The notes: a model not told the origin generated them from the sequence alone. A DNA stretch of 64,000 nucleotides from a virus (IMGVR_UViG_2862281513_000001:32001-96000); one strand, 5' to 3'; positions 54,967-64,000 are shown, numbered from the stretch's first letter. Numbers and translations: made by a program.

Positions 54967-56144
54967 TACGCGGTCTTCCTCCGCTTCTTCATCTCCTTGC
55001 GGCGGTAGGTCGCGACGGTCTCGGCGAGCTTCGCCCGGTCGCCGTGGACCTGGCGGACGTGCTCGACGAGGTCCTCGTCGGCCATGTCCTCGTCCTTGTC
55101 GAGGGCGGCGCGGACCGTGGCCGCGATCGACGTGCCGAGCTGCGCGACCGGCGGGACCGGCGGGACCGACGGAGCGGCCTGCCCGGCGGGCTGGGCCTGC
55201 GGTGCGGGCGTCGGGGCCGGCGCAGGGCTGGGAGCCAGGGCCGGGCTCGGCGCCGGTACCGGGGCCGGGGCCGGGGCCGGCGCAGCCGCCTGGGCCGGTG
55301 CCGAGGTGCCCGTGCCGGGAGGAACCGGAGGAACCGGCGGAGCAGACTGCGCGACCGGCGCCGGGGCGGGCTGCTGCACCGGCGCGGACGGATGTCCGGA
55401 CGCATCCGGACGCTGTCCGGACGGCAACGGCTGAGCCTGGCCCGCCGCCTGCACCGCGGCCTGAGCGGCAGCGAACTCGTCCTCACCGAACACGAGCGCC
55501 GCATACGCCTGACGGCCACCGATCCGCTGCTTGAAGCCGAGCAGCGCCTCCGCCGCCGCGGTGTCCTCCATCTTCCGCTGGAGCCACATCGCGATCGGGC
55601 GGCGCAGCTTGACCTGCCGAACCCGGAACACCACCCACCACGAGCCCTTCGCCATCAGCGACACCGCGCCGCCGACGATGCCCGCGGCCTGCTCGTGCTC
55701 GTGGAAACCCTCCACGACCACCGCGGCGACCACGCACAGCACCGCGAACCATCCGGCCTTCTTCATCGGCTCGGCACGGTCCGGCTGACCCCGCAGCAGG
55801 TGCTCGGCCACCAGGCAGACGATCCACAGCAGCTCGAACAGCGAGGCCGCCGCAATGGCGATCGCGGTGGAAGCGACGACCAGGCCGAGGAGGCGGCTGA
55901 TGCTGGCGGTCGACCAGACGGCAGCGACCGCCGTCATCCCGAGCGCCACGGCCATCAGGAACCGCATCAGAACGACGTCCCAGTCCCTCGGCGGAACCGG
56001 CACGTCGACGTCGTACTCCTCCTCGTCCATCACCTCCTCCCCGAACACCTGGGAAGGCACCTGGCGCGTACGCGTCTCCGTGCGGTAGCGGACGCCGGGC
56101 ACGCGCGGCTGCGGCTGCTGCTGCGGGTCGAAGCTGTCGGTCAT
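54966..56144 (-). CDS. SpdB-like multi-TM protein with Pro/Ala linker and C-terminal HTH-like domain
   Basis: Four TMs, long Pro-rich linker and basic C-terminus; architecture like Streptomyces plasmid spread proteins. Confidence 0.65.
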   Translation of the reverse strand: MTDSFDPQQQPQPRVPGVRYRTETRTRQVPSQVFGEEVMDEEEYDVDVPVPPRDWDVVLMRFLMAVALGMTAVAAVWSTASISRLLGLVVASTAIAIAAASLFELLWIVCLVAEHLLRGQPDRAEPMKKAGWFAVLCVVAAVVVEGFHEHEQAAGIVGGAVSLMAKGSWWVVFRVRQVKLRRPIAMWLQRKMEDTAAAEALLGFKQRIGGRQAYAALVFGEDEFAAAQAAVQAAGQAQPLPSGQRPDASGHPSAPVQQPAPAPVAQSAPPVPPVPPGTGTSAPAQAAAPAPAPAPVPAPSPALAPSPAPAPTPAPQAQPAGQAAPSVPPVPPVAQLGTSIAATVRAALDKDEDMADEDLVEHVRQVHGDRAKLAETVATYRRKEMKKRRKTA

Positions 56145-56219
56145 GTCTGGCGTCCTCCGAGCTGTGTCATCACCGGGTGCGGCCCGGCCTCCACCGCACA
56201 GGCGAAGGCCGGGCCGGGA

Positions 56220-56390
56220 TCAATCGCCGCCCTTGCGCTTCGGGAAGCGGATGAGCGCCCTCTCCCCGAACCGAGCGACCTCGTACCTGTGCCGCCGAGC
56301 CCGCTCCTTGCTGGCAGCGGCCTCCTTCACGGCCTTCTTCTTGGCCTTCTCGATGTCCTTCGTGGACGGCGGCCAGTGCTTCGGACTCAC
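56220..56390 (-). CDS. Small basic protein
   Basis: GTGA overlap; SPKHWPPSTKDIEKAKKK... Confidence 0.5.
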   Translation of the reverse strand: MSPKHWPPSTKDIEKAKKKAVKEAAASKERARRHRYEVARFGERALIRFPKRKGGD

Positions 56391-56623
56391 TGCGCCACCC
56401 CCTCACGCAAACGGGCCGCATACGCGCGCCACGTCTCGCGGGGCTCCGGGGTGAGGATCAGCGGGATCATCCCCGCGAGCACCGTCTGGTCAGCGCCCTG
56501 CGTCACGGACTCCGCGACGTCCAGGACGACCGACATGGTGGCGACACCACTGGGGTCATCCCGCTCGATTCGGTCGGCCAGCGCCAACACCGCGACCGCG
56601 ACCGGGTCACGCGGCTCGCTCAT
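56387..56623 (-). CDS. Hypothetical protein
   Basis: 78 aa, coupled to the downstream ORF. Confidence 0.65.
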   Translation of the reverse strand: MSEPRDPVAVAVLALADRIERDDPSGVATMSVVLDVAESVTQGADQTVLAGMIPLILTPEPRETWRAYAARLREGVAQ

Positions 56624-56929
56624 CGGCCACTCACCAACCCGCGCTGCACAGCCGCCTCAGCCGCCCGCAGCGCATCGACCTGCGACGGCGTGCGATCCTC
56701 ACTGCCCGGACGAGAGTTCCGGTCCTCCTGGCACGCCTCAACCGTCGCCGGCGGCGTAGCCACACGGTTCGGCGTCTTCGTGTCGATCCGCCTGGTCACC
56801 GGCGACCACCCGCCTGAGCGGCAGCGGCACCGCCCGCACGAGCCAGCCCATTGCCGAGCTTCCCGTCCGCGCGCTTCTGCTCGCCGTTCCGGTACGCCTC
56901 CCGAGCCTTCTCCTGCTCCGACGGCGCGC

Positions 56930-57301
56930 TCACCGGCCCACCGCCTCGGTCAGCCCGGGGATGAGGTGCCGGTTGTCGCCCGACCAGTCGTAGCCGAGAG
57001 CCCTCGCCACCAGCGCGACATGCAGCGCGAAGTCGACACGGGTCACGCCGTCGGGGATGTCGCCCACAGCGACCGTGGCCGCGCGCTGGATCATCTCGCC
57101 GCCGCCGGTACCGCTCTCGAACCCGACCTCGTACACCATCGCGCCCAGCAGCGCGGCGAAGTCGAAGCTGTAGACCAACCCGCTCGGGCCGTCGACCGCG
57201 AGACGGCCAGCCACGCGGGCGAGCGCCACGCCGGCCTTGGACTTCTGTTCGTCGGTGAGGCTCTGTGCCCCGCTCGCGCGGAGATCAGTACCCTTGCTCA
57301 T
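56930..57301 (-). CDS. Hypothetical protein, first gene of a leftward operon
   Basis: AGGAG RBS. Confidence 0.7.
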   Translation of the reverse strand: MSKGTDLRASGAQSLTDEQKSKAGVALARVAGRLAVDGPSGLVYSFDFAALLGAMVYEVGFESGTGGGEMIQRAATVAVGDIPDGVTRVDFALHVALVARALGYDWSGDNRHLIPGLTEAVGR

Positions 57302-57403
57302 TGCGTCAGCTCCTGTGTGCTCAGGTCTGGCGTAGGGGCCCCGACCGGCTGATTGACGTCCTCCGGCCGGGGCCTCTCCTATGTGGAGATCACGAGAGTA
57401 GCC

Positions 57404-57429
57404 ACTTATTTGCGTTGACGCAAATAAGT
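57404..57429. promoter_or_regulatory. Perfect AT-rich operator palindrome in a divergent promoter region
   Basis: ACTTATTTGCGT-TG-ACGCAAATAAGT, overlapping TTGACG. Confidence 0.8.
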
Positions 57430-57444
57430 TGGAAGGATGGCGCA

Positions 57445-57750
57445 ATGTCCGACTCCTCCGAGGAGAGAGCGAGCGAGGCGAAGGAGGCGAAGTTGGTGAG
57501 CATCCCCGAGATGCCAGACCTGTTGGAGGCGGCCGGATTGAAGCGCGTCGGCCCCGCCCGCATCCGCCAGCTCGCCGCCGAACCGGGCTTCCCGGCTCCG
57601 GCGTACGAGCGCGGCCGGCTGCGCCTGTGGGACTGGGCCCAGGCCCTCGAGTTCTTCAGCTCGCGGGTCGTGCGGCAGGGAGAGCGGACGGACCTGAAGC
57701 GCGACCAGGAGGACGAGACCGATGACCCAGCTGGAGGCGGTAGCGAGTGA
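57445..57750 (+). CDS. AlpA/excisionase-like wHTH regulator
   Basis: LVSIPEM...VGPARIRQLA....FPAP......RLWDW. Confidence 0.75.
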   Translation: MSDSSEERASEAKEAKLVSIPEMPDLLEAAGLKRVGPARIRQLAAEPGFPAPAYERGRLRLWDWAQALEFFSSRVVRQGERTDLKRDQEDETDDPAGGGSE

Positions 57751-58354
57751 GGAGCGCCCGGCGGCCGTTTATCGACTGTGGGCAGCTGATGAGGTGTTGC
57801 TCTACATCGGGTCGTCGTACGACCCAGACCGGCGCTGCGTGCGGCATCAGTCCACACCGTGGTGGTCCCGCGTCGTGCGACGGACGGACGAGTGGCACAG
57901 CACACGCAGCGATGCGTTCGCGGCGGAATACCTCGCCATCTGGCGTGAGGACCCGGCATGCAACGTGTGGGGCACACGGGCCTATGCGGGTCAGGCGCCA
58001 CGCAAGGGTCGACGGTCGTACTTGATGTGGACCGGGAAGCGGGACGTCTGGCCAACCGACTTGGACCAGCTCAAGGCGGCGATGCAGGCATACGACGAGG
58101 CCGCAGCTTCACCAGATGACGTGATGCCTGAACTGAGAGAGCAGGGCGAGGCGATCGCCGCGCACCTCGGCGCTGCGGCCCGTGGCCTGGCCTGGGAAGG
58201 ACGTCGGCGCCTGATCACGAAGCGGCGCCGGCGCATCGCCAGGGACCTGCGAGCGACCGGCATCACCAACGACGACCTGGCGCGGGTGATGGCCGTGGCG
58301 AACGCTCGCATCCTCAGCCTGCCGCACCTGTTCGACGACGAGGTGCTGACCTAG
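57722..58354 (+). CDS. GIY-YIG nuclease-domain protein
   Basis: AVYRLW....LLYIGSS..P..R...H....W...A..AE..AI..E.P..N. Confidence 0.85.
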   Translation: MTQLEAVASEERPAAVYRLWAADEVLLYIGSSYDPDRRCVRHQSTPWWSRVVRRTDEWHSTRSDAFAAEYLAIWREDPACNVWGTRAYAGQAPRKGRRSYLMWTGKRDVWPTDLDQLKAAMQAYDEAAASPDDVMPELREQGEAIAAHLGAAARGLAWEGRRRLITKRRRRIARDLRATGITNDDLARVMAVANARILSLPHLFDDEVLT

Positions 58355-58363
58355 CCGGACATA

Positions 58364-58409
58364 CACGAGCCCCCTCCCTGCGCTGCGGACGACTGGGAGG
58401 GGGCTCGTG
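58364..58409. terminator. Hairpin after the GIY-YIG gene
   Basis: CACGAGCCCCCTCCC/GGGAGGGGGCTCGTG. Confidence 0.65.
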
Positions 58410-58545
58410 GTGTGGTGCCGGGTGGAGTCGGCGCACATTCCGAAGGTAGCGCTGATGGTAGCAGTACGTGTGCGATTGGTGGCGGTGTGTGTTTGTCGGC
58501 TACGTTCCGGGGCCGTGGTGCTGGATTCTCCGAAGGGATCGACCT

Positions 58546-58782
58546 ATGGCAACTCCTGAGCAGCCGCCTGCCCAGCCGTATGGGCAGATGCCGAACATCG
58601 TGATCAATAACGTGTCGTCGGCGTCGGCGTCGGCTTCGGCTGCCGCGTCGGCGGGGTACGGGGTGCGGCGTCGGCGGCAGAGCTTCTGGGTGCATTTCTG
58701 GTTGTTGTGGCTGACGTGCGGGATCGGCAACTACTTCTACGCGCGGCACGTCTCGAACTGGAATCGGGACCGCGGTCTGTGA
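58546..58782 (+). CDS. Small membrane protein
   Basis: MATPEQ...HFWLLWLTCGIGN; GAAGGG RBS; followed by a hairpin at about 58796-58829. Confidence 0.7.
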   Translation: MATPEQPPAQPYGQMPNIVINNVSSASASASAAASAGYGVRRRRQSFWVHFWLLWLTCGIGNYFYARHVSNWNRDRGL

Positions 58783-58844
58783 CGTGGTGATGCGGCGAGG
58801 CCCCCGCCGTGGTTGGGCGGGGGCCTCGTGCGTGCCTGCTGGTG

Positions 58845-59087
58845 TTAGGCGGGTGCCGGCTCGGGGTGGCGGGCGGCGTTCTTCGCGGCCTGCTCCACCT
58901 CGTAGCGGGTCATGGTGACGTCGTCGCGTTCGGCGTGCTTGGTGACGGCGGTCTGGAACTCGAACGCTGCCTCTCGCCACTTGGCGCGCTGGGCGTCGTA
59001 GGCGTTGCCGTCGAGGCCGGTGAGCTTTGCGCGCTCGGCTTCGGCGGAACGTTCCAGCTTGATCAGTTCGTCGGGGATGTCTGCCAC
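58845..59087 (-). CDS. Hypothetical helical protein
   Basis: 80 aa; TAGGAT just upstream suggests a near-leaderless start. Confidence 0.7.
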   Translation of the reverse strand: MADIPDELIKLERSAEAERAKLTGLDGNAYDAQRAKWREAAFEFQTAVTKHAERDDVTMTRYEVEQAAKNAARHPEPAPA

Positions 59088-59129
59088 GACGGCGATCCTA
59101 AGCGGAGGTGACGGCGGGCAGGTCAGGGA

Positions 59130-59459
59130 CTAGGAGCGGTCGGGTTCCGGGTCGGTGTCGGGGTCCGGGTCGGCGTCGGGGTCCGGGAGGTTGATCGACA
59201 GCTCGGTGAGGAACTCGCGGGCGATCCGGTCTACTTCCTGCGGATTGCTTGCGCCGCGGGCGTTCGCCACCTCCGCGACGAGGAAGTGGCTCAGGTTGAG
59301 CAGGCCGGCGATGGCGAAGTTGCGGTCAGGGCCGCCTGGTCCGTCGAGGACTTGGGTGATGTGCGCTGCTGCGGCCGGCCGGTCGTGGTCCATCCAGAGG
59401 CCGAGGAACTCGATGGCGAGCCGGGTGGAATCCTGCGGCCCTTCGTACGAGTAGGTCAT
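59130..59459 (-). CDS. Hypothetical protein with (DP)n tail
   Basis: MTYSYEG start; plausible composition. Confidence 0.6.
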   Translation of the reverse strand: MTYSYEGPQDSTRLAIEFLGLWMDHDRPAAAAHITQVLDGPGGPDRNFAIAGLLNLSHFLVAEVANARGASNPQEVDRIAREFLTELSINLPDPDADPDPDTDPEPDRS

Positions 59460-59558
59460 GTCGCCAAGGTAGGCGTGTCGTGGCGACGTGGCATCCGCTG
59501 GTCCTCCGACTGCGGGTGCGGGGTGCCGTGGGTCTATAGCCAATATATATTCGAACGC

Positions 59559-59900
59559 GTGAGCGAGCCTTCGCGTCTGGAGTTGCTGTACTTCACCCGG
59601 CGGGTGGTGGTGCAGCAGGCGACGGCTGCTCTGCGGCAGATCGACGGGTGGATCGCGGCGGAGGAGCGGCGGGAGGCGGAGCGGCGGCGTGCGGAGGAGC
59701 GGCGGCCGCCTCCTCCGGAGTGGTGGATCGAGCGGGGGCTGAACAAGAACAACCTGGTCGCGGTGCATTGCGGGGACTGCTGGGATCCGGGCAAGCGGCG
59801 GGTGGCGGCGACGCGGGAGCAGGCATTGGAGGCGTTGCGGCAGCTGGTTCCGGCGTGTTCGAGGTGTCGGCCGGATTCGGCGCTGGGGTTTCTGGAGTAG
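59559..59900 (+). CDS. DUF6233-like protein
   Basis: W.IE.G......VH.GDCW......TREQA..AL....AC..CRPD..LG; TATATT upstream (leaderless). Confidence 0.8.
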   Translation: MSEPSRLELLYFTRRVVVQQATAALRQIDGWIAAEERREAERRRAEERRPPPPEWWIERGLNKNNLVAVHCGDCWDPGKRRVAATREQALEALRQLVPACSRCRPDSALGFLE

Positions 59901-59937
59901 CGGCCGGGGCCCCGCTGGTGGGCGGGGCCGGGCCGGG

Positions 59938-60210
59938 TCAGGTGTGGGCGGTGGTGCGGTCGCGGGCGAGCTGGTCGCGTTCGTCGACGGTGAGGCCGCC
60001 CCAGATGCCGTCGCGGAAGTCGTTGGCGATGGCGTAGTCGGTGCAGGCTGCGCGGACGGGGCAGCGGGCGCACAGGGCTTTGGCGGCGGTCGTCTTGTCC
60101 TTTTGCGGGGTGGTGCGGCTGGAGTCGACGAACAGGTCGGGCCGGTCCTTGCAGGGGGTGGCGGGCTGGGTGCTGGGGACGGCGTCGAGGAAGTGGGGCA
60201 GCGCCGTCAT
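59938..60210 (-). CDS. whiB: WhiB-family Fe-S transcription factor
   Basis: C...PDLF...AK.LC..CPVR..C...A...GIWGG.T..ER. Confidence 0.92.
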   Translation of the reverse strand: MTALPHFLDAVPSTQPATPCKDRPDLFVDSSRTTPQKDKTTAAKALCARCPVRAACTDYAIANDFRDGIWGGLTVDERDQLARDRTTAHT

Positions 60211-60668
60211 GGTGTGCGCCCCACGGCGGCGACGAGGGCGGCGACGGCGATCCAGCCCTTGTGCCACGCCTGGTCCATGAGGGGTCCGGCTGCGGGGTCG
60301 CGGGTGAGCCAGCCGGTGTGTCCGGTGGCGTGGGCGAGGCGGACGACGGGTGGTGCGGCGGGGCTGGGGTCGGTCCAGCGGCCCATGCCGCGGTCGGCTG
60401 CGTAGTGGGTGAGTGCGCTGATGGTGAGGCCTGCGGCGATGCGGCCGGGGGTGAGGCGCAGGCCGAGGCAGTGGTTGGCGGTGATGAGGGCGAGGGCCTG
60501 GACGGTGGTGTATCCGGCGACGTGCCGCAGGCAGGCTTGGGCGCCTTCTGGCCCGGGGTGTCCTTTGGTGATGGCGTCTTTGTCCTGCTGGGCCCAGTAG
60601 TCGCCGATTTCGTGGGCTGCGGTGAGTGCGGCGTAGGTGCTGGCGAAGCGGGCGGCCCTCAGCGGCAT
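60207..60668 (-). CDS. DUF3307-like membrane protein
   Basis: AHEIGDYW.Q, H...Y, THY.ADR, DQAWH. Confidence 0.75.
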   Translation of the reverse strand: MPLRAARFASTYAALTAAHEIGDYWAQQDKDAITKGHPGPEGAQACLRHVAGYTTVQALALITANHCLGLRLTPGRIAAGLTISALTHYAADRGMGRWTDPSPAAPPVVRLAHATGHTGWLTRDPAAGPLMDQAWHKGWIAVAALVAAVGRTP

Positions 60669-62647
60669 GCGTGCTCCTTGAGTGAGGTCAGCTTGAGCTG
60701 GCCTGGGTCGCCTGCGTACAGGTTGAGGGTGGCGAGGATGCGGTGGCGGTTGTCGCCGCCGCGTAGGGGGAAGCCGGCTGCCTGCTGTTGGGCGATGTAC
60801 TTGGCGGCGGTGATGGCGTTGGTGCGGAGGGTCTCGTAGGCGGTGGCGGCGGTGATGAGGTCGCGGCGGGTGGCGTCGCACTGGTCGCGGCGGCATTCGT
60901 AGCCGGGGTTGGGTGGGTCGCCGAGGAGGTCGCCGGCGGCGTGGCGGTCGGGGCATTCGAGGCGGGCGCAGGTGATGTGTCCGCCGTCGCCGAGGTGGAG
61001 GGTCTCGCTGCCGCAGGTGGGGCAGCGGCCTTGGACGCGGGGCTTGGCGTCGGGGGTGGGGAGGCTGCGGACGTGGGCGAGGGTGTTGCGCCAGCGTTCG
61101 ACGGTGCGGGCCTCGACGTAGCCGGTGCGCAGGCTGGGGGTGCCGTTCATCTGGGCGGGGACGGTGAATTCGGCGAGGGCTTCGGTGAGGGCTGCGGCGA
61201 GTTCGCGGATGCGGTCGCGGTGGACGCTGGCCCATTCGACGAGGCGGGGGGCGAGGTCGTCGCCGATCTCCTCGTCGGTGAAGTAGCCGTCGTCGACGAG
61301 GACCTGGCGGGCGAGGGCGAGGCGGGTCCGGAGGTTTTCGGCGCGGTCCCAGCACTGGCCCCAGGCCGCCGCGGCGGCGCTGACGTCGTCGCGGCCTTGC
61401 ATGAGCTTTTCGTGGTCGGCGGGGTCCATGTGGAAGTGGCCGCCGTCGGGGTCGACGTAGACGAGGGGGCTGTCCTGGCCGCAGGTGCAGCGGCTGTCGC
61501 CGAGGAGGTCCGGGGGGAGGTCCATCAGCTCGGCGACGGCGGCGCGCAGTCCGGCCCGCGGCATGAACCCGTCCGCGTCGGCGTCCGGACGTCCGGACGT
61601 GGCGTCCGGATGCGTCGTCCGGACGGTGTCCGTGCTGGTGGACGTGCTGCCGAGGACGGGCGGGCGGGAGCGTCCGGACGGCTGGGGGCCGGTGTCCGGG
61701 CGGGCGTCCGGACGTCCGGACGTGCCGTCCGGATGCGGTGTCCGGGCGGTGTCGTGGGCGGCGCGGGCGTCGGCTACGGCCTTCAGGCCCTCGGCGAGGG
61801 CGAGGGGGGCGAGGTGGCGGGGTACGCGGGCCTGGTATTCGACGCGGACGCCCTGCGCAGGGGGCTCGTCGGGGTCGGGGTGGGGGCGGGCGGTGTCCGG
61901 CCCGTGCGGGGTGGAGCCGCGGTCGCCGTCGCGCCAGCGCAGCAGCGACCCGTCCTCGGTCTGGCCCTCGTGCGTGTCGTAGTCGGAGGTGTAGTGGCCG
62001 GCTGCGAGCGCGCAGTGGGCGCGGCCGTGGAAGGCGTCGTGCCCGGTGGCGGTGCAGCGGGCTTGGCGGGAGCGGGCGCAGATGTCCTGGCCGCAGTCGC
62101 AGTTCGCGCATCCGGCGCAGAACGGCTGGTCCTTGAAGTTCTCGTAGACGACTGGCCCGCCGCCGCACACGATGCAGCGGGTGGCGTCGGGTTCGCGGTC
62201 GAGGGCCTTCGTGATGGTGGCCTCGGCCCGCTGGTAGCCGTCGTTGTCGGTGGCCGGGTCGAACTGCCAGGGCTCACCCTCGGCGTTGGACACCAAGCTC
62301 CAGCCGTACGCCTGGCCGTGCTCGTCGAGGTGGAGGGCGAGGGCCAGGCCGCGGGGGTGGAGCGCGGTCCGGTTGATCAGCCACAGCAGGCCGGAGTCCC
62401 GTAGTTCCGCGAAGGAGCGGGCCCGGCTGTCGACGTCGGGGTGCGGGCCGTCCCCCGCGGGGGCGGCACCGGCGACGTCGAAGGCTTGGGGCAGGACTTC
62501 GGTGCCGCCTTCGGGCATCTGCAGGACGATCGACGGGCAGTCCATGAGGCTGGCGAGCTGCCCGTGCCAGACACGTTCCGGCGCGCTGGGGTGGGTGACG
62601 GTGACCCACTGGCCGAGGAGGCCGAGGAGCGTGGAGTGGTCGGTCAC
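60659..62647 (-). CDS. Large mosaic phage protein with several Cys/His modules
   Basis: GTGA overlap; GLLWLINR..LHP.G.AL module, GRCPTCG..TL.....GHITC....CP module. Confidence 0.7.
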   Translation of the reverse strand: MTDHSTLLGLLGQWVTVTHPSAPERVWHGQLASLMDCPSIVLQMPEGGTEVLPQAFDVAGAAPAGDGPHPDVDSRARSFAELRDSGLLWLINRTALHPRGLALALHLDEHGQAYGWSLVSNAEGEPWQFDPATDNDGYQRAEATITKALDREPDATRCIVCGGGPVVYENFKDQPFCAGCANCDCGQDICARSRQARCTATGHDAFHGRAHCALAAGHYTSDYDTHEGQTEDGSLLRWRDGDRGSTPHGPDTARPHPDPDEPPAQGVRVEYQARVPRHLAPLALAEGLKAVADARAAHDTARTPHPDGTSGRPDARPDTGPQPSGRSRPPVLGSTSTSTDTVRTTHPDATSGRPDADADGFMPRAGLRAAVAELMDLPPDLLGDSRCTCGQDSPLVYVDPDGGHFHMDPADHEKLMQGRDDVSAAAAAWGQCWDRAENLRTRLALARQVLVDDGYFTDEEIGDDLAPRLVEWASVHRDRIRELAAALTEALAEFTVPAQMNGTPSLRTGYVEARTVERWRNTLAHVRSLPTPDAKPRVQGRCPTCGSETLHLGDGGHITCARLECPDRHAAGDLLGDPPNPGYECRRDQCDATRRDLITAATAYETLRTNAITAAKYIAQQQAAGFPLRGGDNRHRILATLNLYAGDPGQLKLTSLKEHACR
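61583..61746. repeat. GTCCGGA repeat cluster inside a CDS
   Basis: Copies at 61583, 61591, 61604, 61617, 61672, 61706, 61714, 61727. Confidence 0.75.
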
Positions 62648-62895
62648 TTCAGCCACCAGGCGGGCGCGTCCTTGGTGATGAGGGTGAGAAGCCAGCCGGG
62701 CCGGTGCGGGGTCGGCATGGCCCATCCGTCCTCGCCGGCCGGGACGGTGACGAGGACGCTCGCGGCGCGGCTGGTGAGCTTCTGCCAGGTGACGGTGACG
62801 GTCTCCGCCTCGACGTTCAGCTCGGCGGCCTGCTCGGGCGTGACCCGGTACCGCTTGATCGAGGTCTCCAGGGCTTCCAGCAGTTCACAGGTCAT
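62644..62895 (-). CDS. Hypothetical protein
   Basis: AAGGAG RBS, ATGA overlap. Confidence 0.6.
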   Translation of the reverse strand: MTCELLEALETSIKRYRVTPEQAAELNVEAETVTVTWQKLTSRAASVLVTVPAGEDGWAMPTPHRPGWLLTLITKDAPAWWLK

Positions 62896-63425
62896 CGGCT
62901 CGACTCCTTGCTGTCCGTCAGGCGGGCTTGTTCGCACGCCTCTTCGTCTTCGCGGGTGGCGTGGGTTTCTTCGCAGGTCGGGGTCTGCGGGGTGGCGGTG
63001 GTCTGGGGGCGGCCGTCGTTGTACTGCCACAGCGGGTGGTCGGGGCGGGCGGTGATGCGCAGGCAGGCGTGCAGGCGCAGGGCCATGGAGTGGAGGACGG
63101 CGGCGTCGAGCTCCACCGGGTACGGGGTGGAGTTGTCGAGCGCGTACACGAGGGCGTCGATGGTCATGCCGGGCCGGGCGACGGCGAGGGCCTCGTCCCA
63201 CTTGTAGGTGCAGCGGGCGCACTCGCGTTCCAGCCGCTGGGGGCGGGCGCCTCGGCGGGTGGTGCCGTTGAAGTCGGTCTGGACGGTGTTCGGGGGCAGG
63301 GCGGCCCGGAACCAGGTGAACGCCTCGTTGTTCTGGCACATGGGGCAGACGGCTTCTTCGGCCGAGTAGGGCGGCAGCATGCCGTCGTCCGTGTCGTCGG
63401 GTTGGGTGCAGATGTCGGTGCTCAT
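62892..63425 (-). CDS. Zinc-ribbon hypothetical protein
   Basis: CPMC...L.R.C.RC.Y.W.E; ATGA overlap. Confidence 0.7.
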   Translation of the reverse strand: MSTDICTQPDDTDDGMLPPYSAEEAVCPMCQNNEAFTWFRAALPPNTVQTDFNGTTRRGARPQRLERECARCTYKWDEALAVARPGMTIDALVYALDNSTPYPVELDAAVLHSMALRLHACLRITARPDHPLWQYNDGRPQTTATPQTPTCEETHATREDEEACEQARLTDSKESSR

Positions 63426-64000
63426 GCGCTCGCGCTCTCCAGGACCTGGGCGACGGCCGCGCGCAGCCTGGGCAACGGGACGCCCCGCTCGCCTCCTACG
63501 AACAGCCGGTGCAGGAAGTCGAATTCGTCGAGGTTGTTCGGTTCGGTGATGAGCGGTTCGCCGGGGGCCGGTTCGCGGTGGGTGGCGCGGCCGGCGGCCA
63601 CGGTCCACTCGGCGGCGAGTTCGCCGCTGCCTTCGTCGGTGACGAGCTGGGCGCGCAGGTCGAGGTACGGGAAGGCTGCGGCGATCTGCTGCCATTCCTC
63701 GGTGACGGACTCGACGTCCGGCCACTTGCCGATGTTGTAGTTCGTGGAGCCGATCGTGCCGTCCCAGTTGCACCAGCCGTGGGGGCCGCCGATCCACGAC
63801 GAGGCGATGCGGGAGGTGTAGAGCCACTCCAGGTCGAGGCAGCGGAGTCGTTCGACGGCGGCCTTGGTCGAGTCGGGCGTCCAGAAGCCGTGAGGGCCGT
63901 TCTCCATGCCGAGGACTTCGCCGACGATCGCTGTCCACTCGCGGTCGTTGGTGTGCATGAGCCACAGGTTCGCGGTGCGGATCAGGATGTCGTTGGCTTG
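63422..64000 (-). CDS. Hypothetical phage protein (start lies beyond the window)
   Basis: Frame stays open to the window end; SWIGGPHGWCNWDG, NIGKWP motifs. Confidence 0.7.
   Translation of the reverse strand, partial: QANDILIRTANLWLMHTNDREWTAIVGEVLGMENGPHGFWTPDSTKAAVERLRCLDLEWLYTSRIASSWIGGPHGWCNWDGTIGSTNYNIGKWPDVESVTEEWQQIAAAFPYLDLRAQLVTDEGSGELAAEWTVAAGRATHREPAPGEPLITEPNNLDEFDFLHRLFVGGERGVPLPRLRAAVAQVLESASA

Noticed and set aside
55140-55380. GCCGGG tandem repeats
   Set aside because: They encode a Pro-Ala linker; ordinary low-complexity coding sequence
59539-59556. Possible LexA box upstream of the DUF6233-like gene
   Set aside because: Only one half (TTCGA) resembles TCGAAC-N4-GTTCGA; better explained as a -10 element (TATATT)

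Overview
Very GC-rich (Streptomyces-like) temperate phage or phage-plasmid segment, almost entirely transcribed on the minus strand. Left (1-21.2 kb): head/packaging module with a Cys-rich repeat protein, a two-gene capsid pair, a large MuF/2H-phosphoesterase/protease/ADP-ribosyltransferase fusion, portal, terminase large and small subunits, and a ParB-like plus methyltransferase-like pair. An XRE-HTH gene and an ATP-dependent ligase block interrupt this module. Next come a structured intergenic region and an atypical tRNA-Arg(UCG). Centre (22.3-49.2 kb): about 35 mostly small accessory genes (ParB and two truncated ParBs, two DNA methyltransferases, 2x DUF3560, 2x ComM-N-like, a free-standing Hint protein, PP2C). 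They are divided into units by 18 clear copies (plus 1 degenerate) of a ~100-bp element. Its core is a fixed 49-50-bp nested palindrome (TTGACC-N6-CCCGGGATAAC-N3-GTTATCCCGGG-N6-GGTCAA) with covarying arms, and in 11 copies its distal end supplies the stop codon of the preceding gene. This cassette-like array is the most striking signal, and a divergent tandem-HTH gene sits at its head. Right (49.9-64 kb): membrane/Spd-like genes, NERD nuclease, AlpA-like regulator with a perfect operator, GIY-YIG, DUF6233-like, WhiB and hypotheticals. Five clusters of GTCCGGA repeats, mostly ~11 bp apart, are scattered across the window. All product calls come from motif recognition by eye; no database searches were run.
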